This document shows positions 9,422 to 18,490 of a stretch of DNA of 64,000 nucleotides, in pieces; positions within the stretch are counted from its first letter, which is position 1; every line of letters begins with the position of its first letter. The DNA comes from a virus (taxonomy: Duplodnaviria; Caudoviricetes). The stretch spans positions 92,855 to 156,854 of the IMG/VR virus record IMGVR_UViG_3300029305_004322. One strand, written 5' to 3'. Position numbers and translations under genes: made by a program. A model generated the notes under the pieces. That model did not search any database, was not told the DNA's origin, and saw nothing but the letters and a program-made list of their open reading frames with translations.

Positions 9422-10639
9422 TTAAATTTTTTCCTTTAGTCTATAATCGACTGCGTTTTTCAAATATGCAAGATAACTATTATCTTGACACATTGCCTTT
9501 CCAGGTGTATCACTGATCTTTGCTACAGGATGTCCATTAACATACTGAAGTTTGATAACAATGTTTAATGGATCAACATCTGTATCATTGGAGAGATAAG
9601 TTCCAATACCAAAACTTACATTGATACGTCCTCTGAAATGGTTATATATGTCTTGTGCTTTAACAAAGTTAAGACTATCACTAAACAATAAAGTCTTTGT
9701 TTTGGGATCAATGCCAAGCTTGATATAATGAGCGATAATCTTTTCACCCCATTCAATAGGATCGCCACTATCATGTCTTACCCCAGTATAACAGGTAGCT
9801 TGAAGCTTGTTGAAATCCATGAGGAACAAATCAGTTCCCAGTGTATCAGTTAATGCAGTTCCATTATCACCTTGATATTCATCAAACCATTCTTCCATTG
9901 CCATTTTATTTGTATATGCAAGAGTAACACCAGGAATGCCTTGATACATCTGTACATACTCATGAGCATAAGTTCCAATAGGCTTACAACCATATTTCAT
10001 AGCAAGATAAACATTTGATGTACCAACACACTTACCAGTTTTAAGTAGTTCACCTACTACATAATCTTGCCATTCTCTGGAAAGTCTTCTACGACAACCA
10101 AATTCTGCAAACTTGAAATTATATTCTTCTGTTTTGAATCCTTCGATCTTATGATCAAGTTTTTCTTTTGCAGAATCCATAAGACGCATATAATCATACT
10201 TCATTCTGAAATAGGTTTCATTAACAATTTCAAGAAGATAGATTTCAAATTGCATGACTGAGAAGAGTGGACCTTCAATTGTAATATTCAAGTCTCCTAT
10301 AATATTTCCATTTTCAAGTTTCTTAGGAGACCTCCAACAATTTACATATCTACGGAGAGGTCTCCAAAGTCTAAGGAACTCTACATAGTCACTCTTAATA
10401 AATCTTAAAGAGCCAAGATAATCAAGTTCTTCATCTGAAAAAGTAAGAGAACATAAATAGTCAATTTGTTCGTTAATTTCCTTAACCATTTCAGGAGTAA
10501 AGTCAATATTCTCATTTCTACACTTGAATAGATATTTACCATTCAAGTTAGTGTGTTTATGGAACATGACCTGATTCATGTTGAACTTGTACAGATCAGT
10601 ATCAAGAAGCGATACAATAATAGGACTTAGAGTCATCAT
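9422..10639 (-). CDS. pncB: Nicotinate phosphoribosyltransferase
   Basis: LLDTDLYKFNM, FAEFGCRRR, GTSNV, PIGTYAHE, ALTDT, GVRHDSGDP, LFSDSL, FGIGT motifs. Confidence 0.95.
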   Translation of the reverse strand: MMTLSPIIVSLLDTDLYKFNMNQVMFHKHTNLNGKYLFKCRNENIDFTPEMVKEINEQIDYLCSLTFSDEELDYLGSLRFIKSDYVEFLRLWRPLRRYVNCWRSPKKLENGNIIGDLNITIEGPLFSVMQFEIYLLEIVNETYFRMKYDYMRLMDSAKEKLDHKIEGFKTEEYNFKFAEFGCRRRLSREWQDYVVGELLKTGKCVGTSNVYLAMKYGCKPIGTYAHEYVQMYQGIPGVTLAYTNKMAMEEWFDEYQGDNGTALTDTLGTDLFLMDFNKLQATCYTGVRHDSGDPIEWGEKIIAHYIKLGIDPKTKTLLFSDSLNFVKAQDIYNHFRGRINVSFGIGTYLSNDTDVDPLNIVIKLQYVNGHPVAKISDTPGKAMCQDNSYLAYLKNAVDYRLKEKI

Positions 10640-10641
10640 AA

Positions 10642-11190
10642 TTATTTCCCTTTCTGATTGGTTTTACACATCTTTTTCAAACGGTCAAACATAATATCTT
10701 CTCCAGATAAAGCCATCACTAATAAAAGGTCTTCTAATTTTTCTCTATCTGAAAGATTAAACTGGTTTTCATCTCTATGAGTTCTATAATACCTCAAAGG
10801 AGACTCGCAAGTATACTCATCTTTCAAATAGATTTTAGATGCCGCTACTCTATCACACATCATTTCTGCAAAATATTTTACTGGCATTCTAATAGGTCCA
10901 GACTTTCCATCTGGTAGAATATCTTGCCAATATTCTGCATGATGCTTGTTATGACTTTTATGATGAAGCCATGCTTTTGAATAACCATACTTAGCTCTTT
11001 CACCAAGATGGGGTGATCCTTTCCCAGTAAAGAATCTAACTCCATTAATAAACTCAGTGGGAGAGTATTTTGACAAGTCATGTGTAATTCCTTGCCAATA
11101 TAATCCACAACGGAAACAAAGTCTACGGACTGTTTTACGATGTTTATGAACAGTCATTAAATGACCAAAAAACTTTTTGATGATGTTCAT
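10642..11190 (-). CDS. HD-like domain protein (DUF5662-like)
   Basis: H...H...HDLSKYSPTEF...AWLHHKSHNKHH.EYW...EMMCD. Confidence 0.7.
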   Translation of the reverse strand: MNIIKKFFGHLMTVHKHRKTVRRLCFRCGLYWQGITHDLSKYSPTEFINGVRFFTGKGSPHLGERAKYGYSKAWLHHKSHNKHHAEYWQDILPDGKSGPIRMPVKYFAEMMCDRVAASKIYLKDEYTCESPLRYYRTHRDENQFNLSDREKLEDLLLVMALSGEDIMFDRLKKMCKTNQKGK

Positions 11191-11193
11191 ATA

Positions 11194-11739
11194 TTATTCT
11201 CCGATCACTTCGATTTGACACATTTTCATAGTGGTCAATGCTGCTTTATGAGTTTCAGGGGTTACGCCAGCACAGCAAGAAGCATCAACAATGATTTTAG
11301 TCTCAGGAAGGAAAGCTTTAAGAAGCATCGCATTAGAAACCACACAGATGTCAGTACAAAGACCAATGAGTGTAATTTCACCAATTCTCTCATACTGTTC
11401 ACCATATTCTTTTAAAGTTTCAGCTATATAAGTACTGCCAAAAGTTGCCTTTTTAACATAGTCAACATTGTTTAAACGGAAAAGAAGATCATCAACCTCT
11501 CTATTAAGTTCCCATCCAGTAGTTCCATCAATACAATGCTCTACAGGTAGTAATCTTCCTTCCTGAGTTACAGAATAATCTCTTCTGTTATGGGTATCCT
11601 TGGTTACAATTATATCCTGACCATCAAAATTTTTGATCTTTTCAATGACCTTTGGTACAATTGCTTGTGCTTCCTTAGTTCCAAGAGCACCGTCGATAAA
11701 ATCATTTTGCATATCGACAACGATTAAAACTTTTTTCAT
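11194..11739 (-). CDS. pncA: Nicotinamidase (isochorismatase-family cysteine hydrolase)
   Basis: VVDMQNDFIDGALG, DTH, HCIDGT.GW, K.TFGS, GLCTDICV; lies two genes upstream of pncB. Confidence 0.88.
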   Translation of the reverse strand: MKKVLIVVDMQNDFIDGALGTKEAQAIVPKVIEKIKNFDGQDIIVTKDTHNRRDYSVTQEGRLLPVEHCIDGTTGWELNREVDDLLFRLNNVDYVKKATFGSTYIAETLKEYGEQYERIGEITLIGLCTDICVVSNAMLLKAFLPETKIIVDASCCAGVTPETHKAALTTMKMCQIEVIGE

Positions 11740-11785
11740 TTTTGTTTCTCCTTGTAAAAAATATTGATTTTTGAATCAAATTTAG

Positions 11786-11794
11786 GATATATAG
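11786..11794 (-). promoter_or_regulatory. Putative early promoter motif TATATATC upstream of the pncA operon
   Basis: The same motif occurs at 3991, 4991, 14231, 17804 and 23896, each upstream of non-structural genes in the correct orientation. Confidence 0.5.
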
Positions 11795-11822
11795 TTAAAA
11801 CGAGGATAAATACGGAATATGA

Positions 11823-12110
11823 TTATTCATCTAAGATACATTCAGGATACTCCTTAGACCAATAGCCACCATCTTCTAAAAACCATTCTATCTGTGGCCA
11901 ATAATCCATTACAAACTCAGAATTAAGTCTATCAAGCTCATCTAATGATAGTTCATCACCTATAAAAAGATCAAAACTATCAAATACATCATACCAAAAT
12001 TCATCATCGTTATAATAAGGATCTTGATATGCATTTGGAACATCTGGGTTGGGTTGTATTTGCCATTTAAATTTTAGGTTAAATATTTGATGCTTTGTTA
12101 ATGTTTTCAT
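11823..12110 (-). CDS. LTKxQIFxL family paralog 3 (acidic, divergent body)
   Basis: MKTLTKHQIFNLKFKW N-terminus. Confidence 0.8.
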   Translation of the reverse strand: MKTLTKHQIFNLKFKWQIQPNPDVPNAYQDPYYNDDEFWYDVFDSFDLFIGDELSLDELDRLNSEFVMDYWPQIEWFLEDGGYWSKEYPECILDE

Positions 12111-12417
12111 TTATATATCCTTCTTTCTTCATTTTCTCATAGAGCGCAGTAGATAATTTTTGACTGTTAATTATTATCTGCCAGTTTACATAATTTTTCA
12201 TTTCTTCAATGAAGTCTTCTGATAACTGTTGGTATCTAGAAATACCATCCCAATCTAACTGATCTTTGAAATCTCTTATAAATTCCTCAGATAAAATAGC
12301 TTTGTATGCAACATCTATAAAGAATAATTTTTGAAAAAGTGGACTTTCAAAATTTCCCTTCTCTACACCCCATTTAAACTTTAAATCGAATATCTGTTTC
12401 TTAGTTAGTGATACCAT
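12079..12417 (-). CDS. Trp-repeat paralog 4
   Basis: LTKKQIFDLKFKW, LSEEFIRDFKDQLDW, EGYI. Confidence 0.85.
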   Translation of the reverse strand: MVSLTKKQIFDLKFKWGVEKGNFESPLFQKLFFIDVAYKAILSEEFIRDFKDQLDWDGISRYQQLSEDFIEEMKNYVNWQIIINSQKLSTALYEKMKKEGYINENINKASNI

Positions 12418-12746
12418 GGTTTTATATAACCTTCATGTTTCATTTTTTGGTAAAAATCTAAAGAAATATTATCTCTTTGATATTCAATCAAACATCTCCA
12501 ATCTATATATTCTCTCAACTCATAGATAAATTCTTCTGATGATAATTTTTGCCACATACAAACACTTTTCCAATCTAAATTATCTTTAAACTCTCTCATA
12601 AAGTCTTCAGATAATTCAGTAGTATATGCTAAAACTCTAAAGAATAGTAAAACATCGCCTTCGTCTAATAGACCAGTATCTAAGTTCCATTTAAACTTTA
12701 AATCAAATATCTGTTTTTTCGTTAGTGGTTTTGGTAAAATACTCAT
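12405..12746 (-). CDS. Trp-repeat paralog 5
   Basis: PLTKKQIFDLKFKW, LSEDFMREFKDNLDW, EGYI. Confidence 0.85.
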   Translation of the reverse strand: MSILPKPLTKKQIFDLKFKWNLDTGLLDEGDVLLFFRVLAYTTELSEDFMREFKDNLDWKSVCMWQKLSSEEFIYELREYIDWRCLIEYQRDNISLDFYQKMKHEGYIKPWYH

Positions 12747-12780
12747 AATAATTTCCTTTAACGAGTCATTAAAAAAGAAA

Positions 12781-12810
12781 GAAGATTACCTAATGAAATA
12801 GGTAATCTTC
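12781..12810 (-). terminator. Intrinsic terminator (GATTACC/GGTAATC family)
   Basis: GAAGATTACCTA / TAGGTAATCTTC. Confidence 0.75.
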
Positions 12811-12818
12811 TAAACGTT

Positions 12819-13259
12819 TTATTGTGTTAATGCTTTTCTTGTATCATCTAATAGACTTGGTGGTAAAAACCGTTCTTTGTTTAAATAGTTCAAGTATTCT
12901 GACATTTCATCTAAAAATGATAAAGAAAGTTTCTGGAACATAAGAATATACGGCCAGTATAGATAATCTTTATACTTTTTCATAAATTCTTCAGAAAGTT
13001 CATAGTGTTCACAAATGCAATAAACATTCACCCATGTTACTTGCTCTATAAACTCACTAAGGAATTCTTCAGTTAGTTTATCTTTATGATTTGTAATAAG
13101 AAAATTCCAAGTTTCTTCATTTTCGTACCAACTTAGAAAATTCTTATAATAGCCACCGTATCTACCAAGATCAATATTATTCCTTCCAATTTCATCTATT
13201 TCAGGATACTTGAACTGTAAATCAAATAGTTGTTTTTTAGTTAGTTCTAGTGGTTTCAT
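12819..13259 (-). CDS. Trp-repeat paralog 6
   Basis: MKPLELTKKQLFDLQFKY (start moved to 13259 to match the family), LSEEFMKKYKDYLYW. Confidence 0.8.
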   Translation of the reverse strand: MKPLELTKKQLFDLQFKYPEIDEIGRNNIDLGRYGGYYKNFLSWYENEETWNFLITNHKDKLTEEFLSEFIEQVTWVNVYCICEHYELSEEFMKKYKDYLYWPYILMFQKLSLSFLDEMSEYLNYLNKERFLPPSLLDDTRKALTQ

Positions 13260-13260
13260 G

Positions 13261-13536
13261 TTAGCTGTATCTACTATATTCTCCCATTCTATTTGCAGAT
13301 GGTAACTCAATTATAGATGCATATGCTTCTTTCTCAGTGTAATAATACTTGTCTACATGTCTTACAACTGTAGAAGTTATATCTCCTAATGAAACAATAT
13401 ACTTTTGCTTATTACCAAGTGAATACTGAGCAAGTAAGTAACCATGATTTACTTCATGATATTCTTTAAAGCCTTCTGCCCACCAGACCTGTTCAAGATA
13501 ATCATCAGGTACATTAAGATTGTTTTTTCTGGACAT
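13261..13536 (-). CDS. Hypothetical protein
   Basis: GGAGG SD, 91 aa. Confidence 0.75.
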   Translation of the reverse strand: MSRKNNLNVPDDYLEQVWWAEGFKEYHEVNHGYLLAQYSLGNKQKYIVSLGDITSTVVRHVDKYYYTEKEAYASIIELPSANRMGEYSRYS

Positions 13537-13565
13537 ATGATTAAACCTCCAAAGTTAATAATTTA

Positions 13566-14192
13566 TTACCAACAAAAAACAGCCAAGAATGCATCATCAT
13601 CTGTGTAATAAAATCTATCATGATTCTTTTGGTCGGAAATATAGTCAAGTTGTTTCTTATATTGCTTCTTAAATTGATTGATTATATCTTGGTCGAAATA
13701 ATCGACACTCATTTCAGTGATAAATTCATGCATATCTCGCCAAAATCTTATATCGTAAAACTTATTATAGAAATCACTAGTATGATATTGTTTAACGAAA
13801 TCATCAGTAATACTGAAATATTTACCTCCGAGATCGTCATACTGAGAATCATCTAAAGTTGGTTCTATGTAATGCTCTTTTATCATATCATTGATAAAGT
13901 TGTTAGAAAATGGTGGAAATCTAACTTTTATAGAAAACCAGTCTATATCTTTTTTATCCTTGAATTTTCTAAAAACTTCTTCTGATATTGATTCGTTATT
14001 AGAAAGCTCATAGAAGTCCAAATACTCATTAAATTCGTCAATGAAGTCATTAGGTAACTCGCAATTTTCAGAAATCCAATCCCAGTACTCTTTATGATTC
14101 CACCAATTTTTCTTTTTCATTATACTTGGTGATGCCTTAATGTTCCATTTGAGCTGCAAATCAAATACTTGTTGCTTAGTTAGTGGTTTCAT
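13566..14192 (-). CDS. Trp-repeat paralog 7
   Basis: MKPLTKQQVFDLQLKW, WDWISENCELPNDFIDEF, internal KEHYI. Confidence 0.85.
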   Translation of the reverse strand: MKPLTKQQVFDLQLKWNIKASPSIMKKKNWWNHKEYWDWISENCELPNDFIDEFNEYLDFYELSNNESISEEVFRKFKDKKDIDWFSIKVRFPPFSNNFINDMIKEHYIEPTLDDSQYDDLGGKYFSITDDFVKQYHTSDFYNKFYDIRFWRDMHEFITEMSVDYFDQDIINQFKKQYKKQLDYISDQKNHDRFYYTDDDAFLAVFCW

Positions 14193-14352
14193 AGTCTATC
14201 CTTTCCTTATTAAAATTTTACTAAGGTAATGATATATAAATAAAATTTTCATTCATTTTTAATGTTTTGATAAATTATATTTTTACATGAAAAACAATAG
14301 ATTAATAGGAAAACTTACTAATTCATAAGGAAAGGATGGAGTAAGAAAAGTT

Positions 14353-15180
14353 ATGATTTTAAATGAAAAACAAACAGAAATGTATAAAAATTGTGTGTTC
14401 CTGAACGAAAGTTTATTTAATAAACAATCCGTAGGTTACTACGCAACTACATATCCAGTAAGTGGTAATACGTTAAGAACTAACACTAGTGTACATGAGA
14501 CAAAAAGCAAAACATTAAGAGTTCAAATAGGTTTTAGTGCTAAAGGACGATTAGCAGAATGGAAAGAACATGAATCAAGTATTAATGAATATAATACTCC
14601 TATCATCATAAACAGAAAGTATGAATCTGCTTTAAAAAACTTAAAGATTTACTTATATAAGGTAAGATTTCAAGGTTCATTTGTTAGTAAGAGTGATAAA
14701 AAATACGGTAAACAATTAAGAACAGAAACAGAAATATTAGAAACTGAAGTTGATAGTGCTGCTAATTTCATCAAGAAATATAATATCCCAATTACATTTG
14801 AAGATAGTAAGAGTAATCCTGATGAGCGTAAAAAGCTGCTAGTATTTGCAATAAATACTTTCAAGGAAGAGTTAAAAGCAATAAAAGCTAAGTATCCAAT
14901 AAAGAACTCAATTGGCATTTTAGATTATGCTAGTGAATCTTATAAGGATAACTACAGAGATGACTTTATAGATGGTGTTAAGGATAAACTTCCTATAGGT
15001 GATTATGACTTACTTAAATTTAGTAAGACTCCTAGAGACACAGATATTCAAAATGAATTCTGGAAGTATTCTGATGAGTTTGAAAGAAATGTTAATGCAA
15101 AGTTATCTAAGTATAAATGCCAGATAAAAGCAGATGGTGACTGGGATGACGGTTACTATTATTTAAAAGTCCTAAAGTAA
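14353..15180 (+). CDS. Putative internal head protein with shared leader MxLNExQxEMYKxCxFLNE
   Basis: Leader shared with 15198 and 15829; late-type promoter at 14293-14304. Confidence 0.7.
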   Translation: MILNEKQTEMYKNCVFLNESLFNKQSVGYYATTYPVSGNTLRTNTSVHETKSKTLRVQIGFSAKGRLAEWKEHESSINEYNTPIIINRKYESALKNLKIYLYKVRFQGSFVSKSDKKYGKQLRTETEILETEVDSAANFIKKYNIPITFEDSKSNPDERKKLLVFAINTFKEELKAIKAKYPIKNSIGILDYASESYKDNYRDDFIDGVKDKLPIGDYDLLKFSKTPRDTDIQNEFWKYSDEFERNVNAKLSKYKCQIKADGDWDDGYYYLKVLK

Positions 15181-15197
15181 AGGAGTGAAATAAAAAG

Positions 15198-15788
15198 ATG
15201 AAGCTTAATGAAAAACAAATAGAAATGTATAAAGATTGTACATTTTTGAATGAAGGAATTGTTGGAGCAGGATTAACAATTACTGCCGTGTTAGCTATTC
15301 TTACTGCTGCAGACGTCATTGTTGAGGGTGTCTTAAATAAAAAGGCTATAAAAGCTTTACCTATTGCTATGGATGATTATGCTAGTATAAAAAAATTACC
15401 TAAATGCAGTGAGGTAAAGTTAATTACACTAGGAAATAATAGTTTTAGTTTAGACTATATAAATAAACACCCAGAACTAAAAAAGTATTTAATAAAAGAT
15501 TATGAAACTACACATGACGAAAAACCAAAATCTGATAAAGATTTAATACAGTATTTAAATGGATTTTGTTTTGAATATCAAAACAAACTTCAATTTTATA
15601 TGGAATTTGTAGGATATAAAAATTCAATGCAGCATTGTAAGTTCTTTAATAAAATTTTTACTAAAGAACATAAAAACTATGTAGATGCTATTGCATATAT
15701 AAAACTAGTCCAAGAATCAAATTTAAAAATTTCTATTAATGTAAGAAATTTTATAAATGAATACAAACGATTAAAAAATGCTAAGTAA
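15198..15788 (+). CDS. Putative internal head protein with shared leader followed by a hydrophobic segment
   Basis: MKLNEKQIEMYKDCTFLNE then GIVGAGLTITAVLAILTAA. Confidence 0.7.
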   Translation: MKLNEKQIEMYKDCTFLNEGIVGAGLTITAVLAILTAADVIVEGVLNKKAIKALPIAMDDYASIKKLPKCSEVKLITLGNNSFSLDYINKHPELKKYLIKDYETTHDEKPKSDKDLIQYLNGFCFEYQNKLQFYMEFVGYKNSMQHCKFFNKIFTKEHKNYVDAIAYIKLVQESNLKISINVRNFINEYKRLKNAK

Positions 15789-15793
15789 TAAAT

Positions 15794-15823
15794 AAGAGGA
15801 TTACCTACTTTGGTAATCCTCTT
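15794..15823. terminator. Bidirectional terminator (GATTACC/GGTAATC family)
   Basis: AAGAGGATTACC / GGTAATCCTCTT between convergent genes. Confidence 0.75.
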
Positions 15824-15828
15824 TAAAT

Positions 15829-16269
15829 TTACTTAACATATTTAAACTTAATCTGAAAATTATCATCTTCATGATAAAAAGAAATCTTTACAATAAACTC
15901 ACTAAAATCTAAATAGTAGTTTGATACAGTATCATGCAACTCAGTTTTATCTCTTACTAGTTTCTTTAAACTACCTAAAACTTTATCGATATCCTTTATA
16001 CTATCACTCCATATCTTTTCATCTTTAGCATTTTCAAAACGAAATTTATCTGTAGGATATTTTAAAGTAATAATCAAATTGTGGTCATCTTTATTGGCAT
16101 TCACTGATTTTATCGTTTTTATTTGAAGTATCTTAGTTGATAAAGCTGAGCTTAACTGAGCTATAGTAGTATAGTAAGTTGCTGGAATAGTTTCTTTCTT
16201 TTTAGTTAGACTTTCATTTAAGAAAATACAATTTTTATACATTTCTTTTTGATTTTCATTGAGTGTCAT
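15829..16269 (-). CDS. Putative internal head protein with shared leader
   Basis: MTLNENQKEMYKNCIFLNES. Confidence 0.7.
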   Translation of the reverse strand: MTLNENQKEMYKNCIFLNESLTKKKETIPATYYTTIAQLSSALSTKILQIKTIKSVNANKDDHNLIITLKYPTDKFRFENAKDEKIWSDSIKDIDKVLGSLKKLVRDKTELHDTVSNYYLDFSEFIVKISFYHEDDNFQIKFKYVK

Positions 16270-16364
16270 TTTTAGTATTTCTACCTTTCTTTATAAAAGA
16301 TTTCTATTTTTTACCATTTATACCAATTAAGATATAAGGGAAACTCGTATTAATTGTCATCTTA

Positions 16365-17657
16365 TTAGACCATACTATACCATGTGTCTCTTAGACCTGT
16401 TTTTTCATTTCTTATATCACACACTATTGCATTTACTGGCGATTTATATCCTTGTTGATGTTCCCAATAACTTGATGCACATATAGTTGGAAAATATCTT
16501 ACTCTTGAACCATTAATAGACTTTACTTCTTCATCATGATAATGGCCCAAGTTTATTTCAACAAACTTTGCATATGATAATTCTTCTTTTGCATATTTCA
16601 TTGGCAATTCTGCAATATTCTTTTTAGGAGCATCACCATGGTGGTATAATACCAAACCAACTCCATATCTTCTATATTTAATTGGATTTGGTGATATATC
16701 ACACGTAATATTCTTATCATTTCTAAAAGCATTTGAAACACTTCTTGCAAGCATATAACCGACTGTTCTATCATGATTACCACAAAGATATATGTATTCA
16801 ACTGGTGCTTTATCTCCCAGCATTGTAAGTGTATCTATTAATAAATCTTCTGCACACTCTGTTATCTTAGCTACTCTTCCATCTACTTGCTGGAAAGTAC
16901 CATTTGTAGTTTCTTGTTTATCATTATCTACATGGAGTAAATCTCCTAAAGTTACGAATACTATCTTTTTAAATTTACGTCCTTTACATCTTTCAAGTAT
17001 ATCATTAATGCATTGGAAGAATCTTTGTTTTACTATCTTCAAATCATAATCTACATTGGTTTCTTCTCTCCATGATAGTAAACCAATATGTAAATCAGGA
17101 ATTTTTATCTCTAATATTTCGCCATCTGGATCATAATCATAACTACAAGTAGGTAACTTATCTTTTGAATAGTCTTTATCCTTAAAATAGTCATCTATAT
17201 CTTCAAATGTAATCTCTACCTTATCTTTTGGTTTTACAGTAAGTTTGCTCTGATATAAGAGTGCTTTTTTATTATCTTTTGCTTGCGCTTGCCAGTAGTT
17301 TGTTTTATAATTGAGTACTTCCCATTGTCTTGGATTAAGATTATGTGCTTCTATTATTTCTTCTGGGCTTATATCTTTTTCATTTTCCATGACAGTTAGA
17401 ATATCTTCAAACACTCTACTTCCATCTGCTCTTATTTCATAGCTTTTTTGCTGGATTCTTTCCTCTGATTCATTGATTTTTATGTCTTGTTCTTGTTGAG
17501 TTTTAAGTTTTCTTTCACGTCTCCATACATTTCTTGCTTTATCGTAGCATTGTTGGAAAGTTAAATCTGGATAATCGATTGCTAGATTAGTAGCTATCTC
17601 TCTCCATGTTAGTCCATTGTTTCGCATTTGAAACACTTTTTCATCAAAGGTCAACAT
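16365..17657 (-). CDS. Calcineurin-like metallophosphoesterase with an N-terminal HTH-like region
   Basis: PDLHIG, GDLLHVDN, GNHD, HHGD and GHYH motifs; GLTWREIA at the N-terminus. Confidence 0.85.
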   Translation of the reverse strand: MLTFDEKVFQMRNNGLTWREIATNLAIDYPDLTFQQCYDKARNVWRRERKLKTQQEQDIKINESEERIQQKSYEIRADGSRVFEDILTVMENEKDISPEEIIEAHNLNPRQWEVLNYKTNYWQAQAKDNKKALLYQSKLTVKPKDKVEITFEDIDDYFKDKDYSKDKLPTCSYDYDPDGEILEIKIPDLHIGLLSWREETNVDYDLKIVKQRFFQCINDILERCKGRKFKKIVFVTLGDLLHVDNDKQETTNGTFQQVDGRVAKITECAEDLLIDTLTMLGDKAPVEYIYLCGNHDRTVGYMLARSVSNAFRNDKNITCDISPNPIKYRRYGVGLVLYHHGDAPKKNIAELPMKYAKEELSYAKFVEINLGHYHDEEVKSINGSRVRYFPTICASSYWEHQQGYKSPVNAIVCDIRNEKTGLRDTWYSMV

Positions 17658-17870
17658 AATTCACCCTTTCTTTTTAAATTTAATGTATTAAGTTATATGC
17701 TTTATACATTGTTTAATAACTTGTTTTTCATAAGAAGATTAGCAACTATTTTCTTAATTATTCTTCTTATATTTTTTCCAATTCGTATTATCAACCCTTA
17801 CATCTATATATCTTTCAACTATAAGAACCATTGTTAGTTTAAATTTACCATACAAAAGGAGATATATACT

Positions 17871-18488
17871 ATGTACAGATTTTATGATTACGCCAAATAT
17901 TACAATTATCCTGAGAACCTTTTCAGAGCAATTTTAGATTCAGATGATGAAAAATATACTTCCGATATAGGTGATAGACTTATCAGTGTCATACAAAATG
18001 ATGAAATTTTTCCTGATAGGTCTAAAGATATCCTTAAACTATATTTTTCTGATGGATTAGCCTTAAAAGAGATTAGTAAAATACATGACATAACAACAGG
18101 AAGAATAACACAAATCATACTTAAAGAACTAAGAAAATTAAGAATGAGAGAAAGGATGAGTTATATTAATAATGGTGGATTTAGTGAGTATAAGTCAAGG
18201 AACTATTCTAGTAGAAATGTTAATGGAGTTGACAGTAGTAATGGATTATTTTTCTGGACTGTTAATGGAATTAGTATGGTTTTCATTAAACATGACAAAA
18301 TGAAAGTTAGAATCGAAAGAGCTATGACTAGGAAAGGGATTAAGACTTTTGATGAGATATTGAAATTAAATAGTAGGAAGGAACTTTATGATATACGTGG
18401 TATAGGTAATGCTGCTATTACTAGGATTATGGAGTACTTTGAGCATCTTGGAATTGATGTTGATAAGTTTAAAGAACCATGGGAATAA
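17871..18488 (+). CDS. Fusion of a sigma70 region-4-like HTH and an RNA polymerase alpha-CTD-like domain
   Basis: DILKLYF...LKEIS...ITTGRITQIILKELRKLR (sigma4) and VRIERAMTRKGIKTFDEIL...ELYDIRGIGNAAITRI (alpha-CTD HhH). Confidence 0.65.
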   Translation: MYRFYDYAKYYNYPENLFRAILDSDDEKYTSDIGDRLISVIQNDEIFPDRSKDILKLYFSDGLALKEISKIHDITTGRITQIILKELRKLRMRERMSYINNGGFSEYKSRNYSSRNVNGVDSSNGLFFWTVNGISMVFIKHDKMKVRIERAMTRKGIKTFDEILKLNSRKELYDIRGIGNAAITRIMEYFEHLGIDVDKFKEPWE

Positions 18489-18490
18489 TA

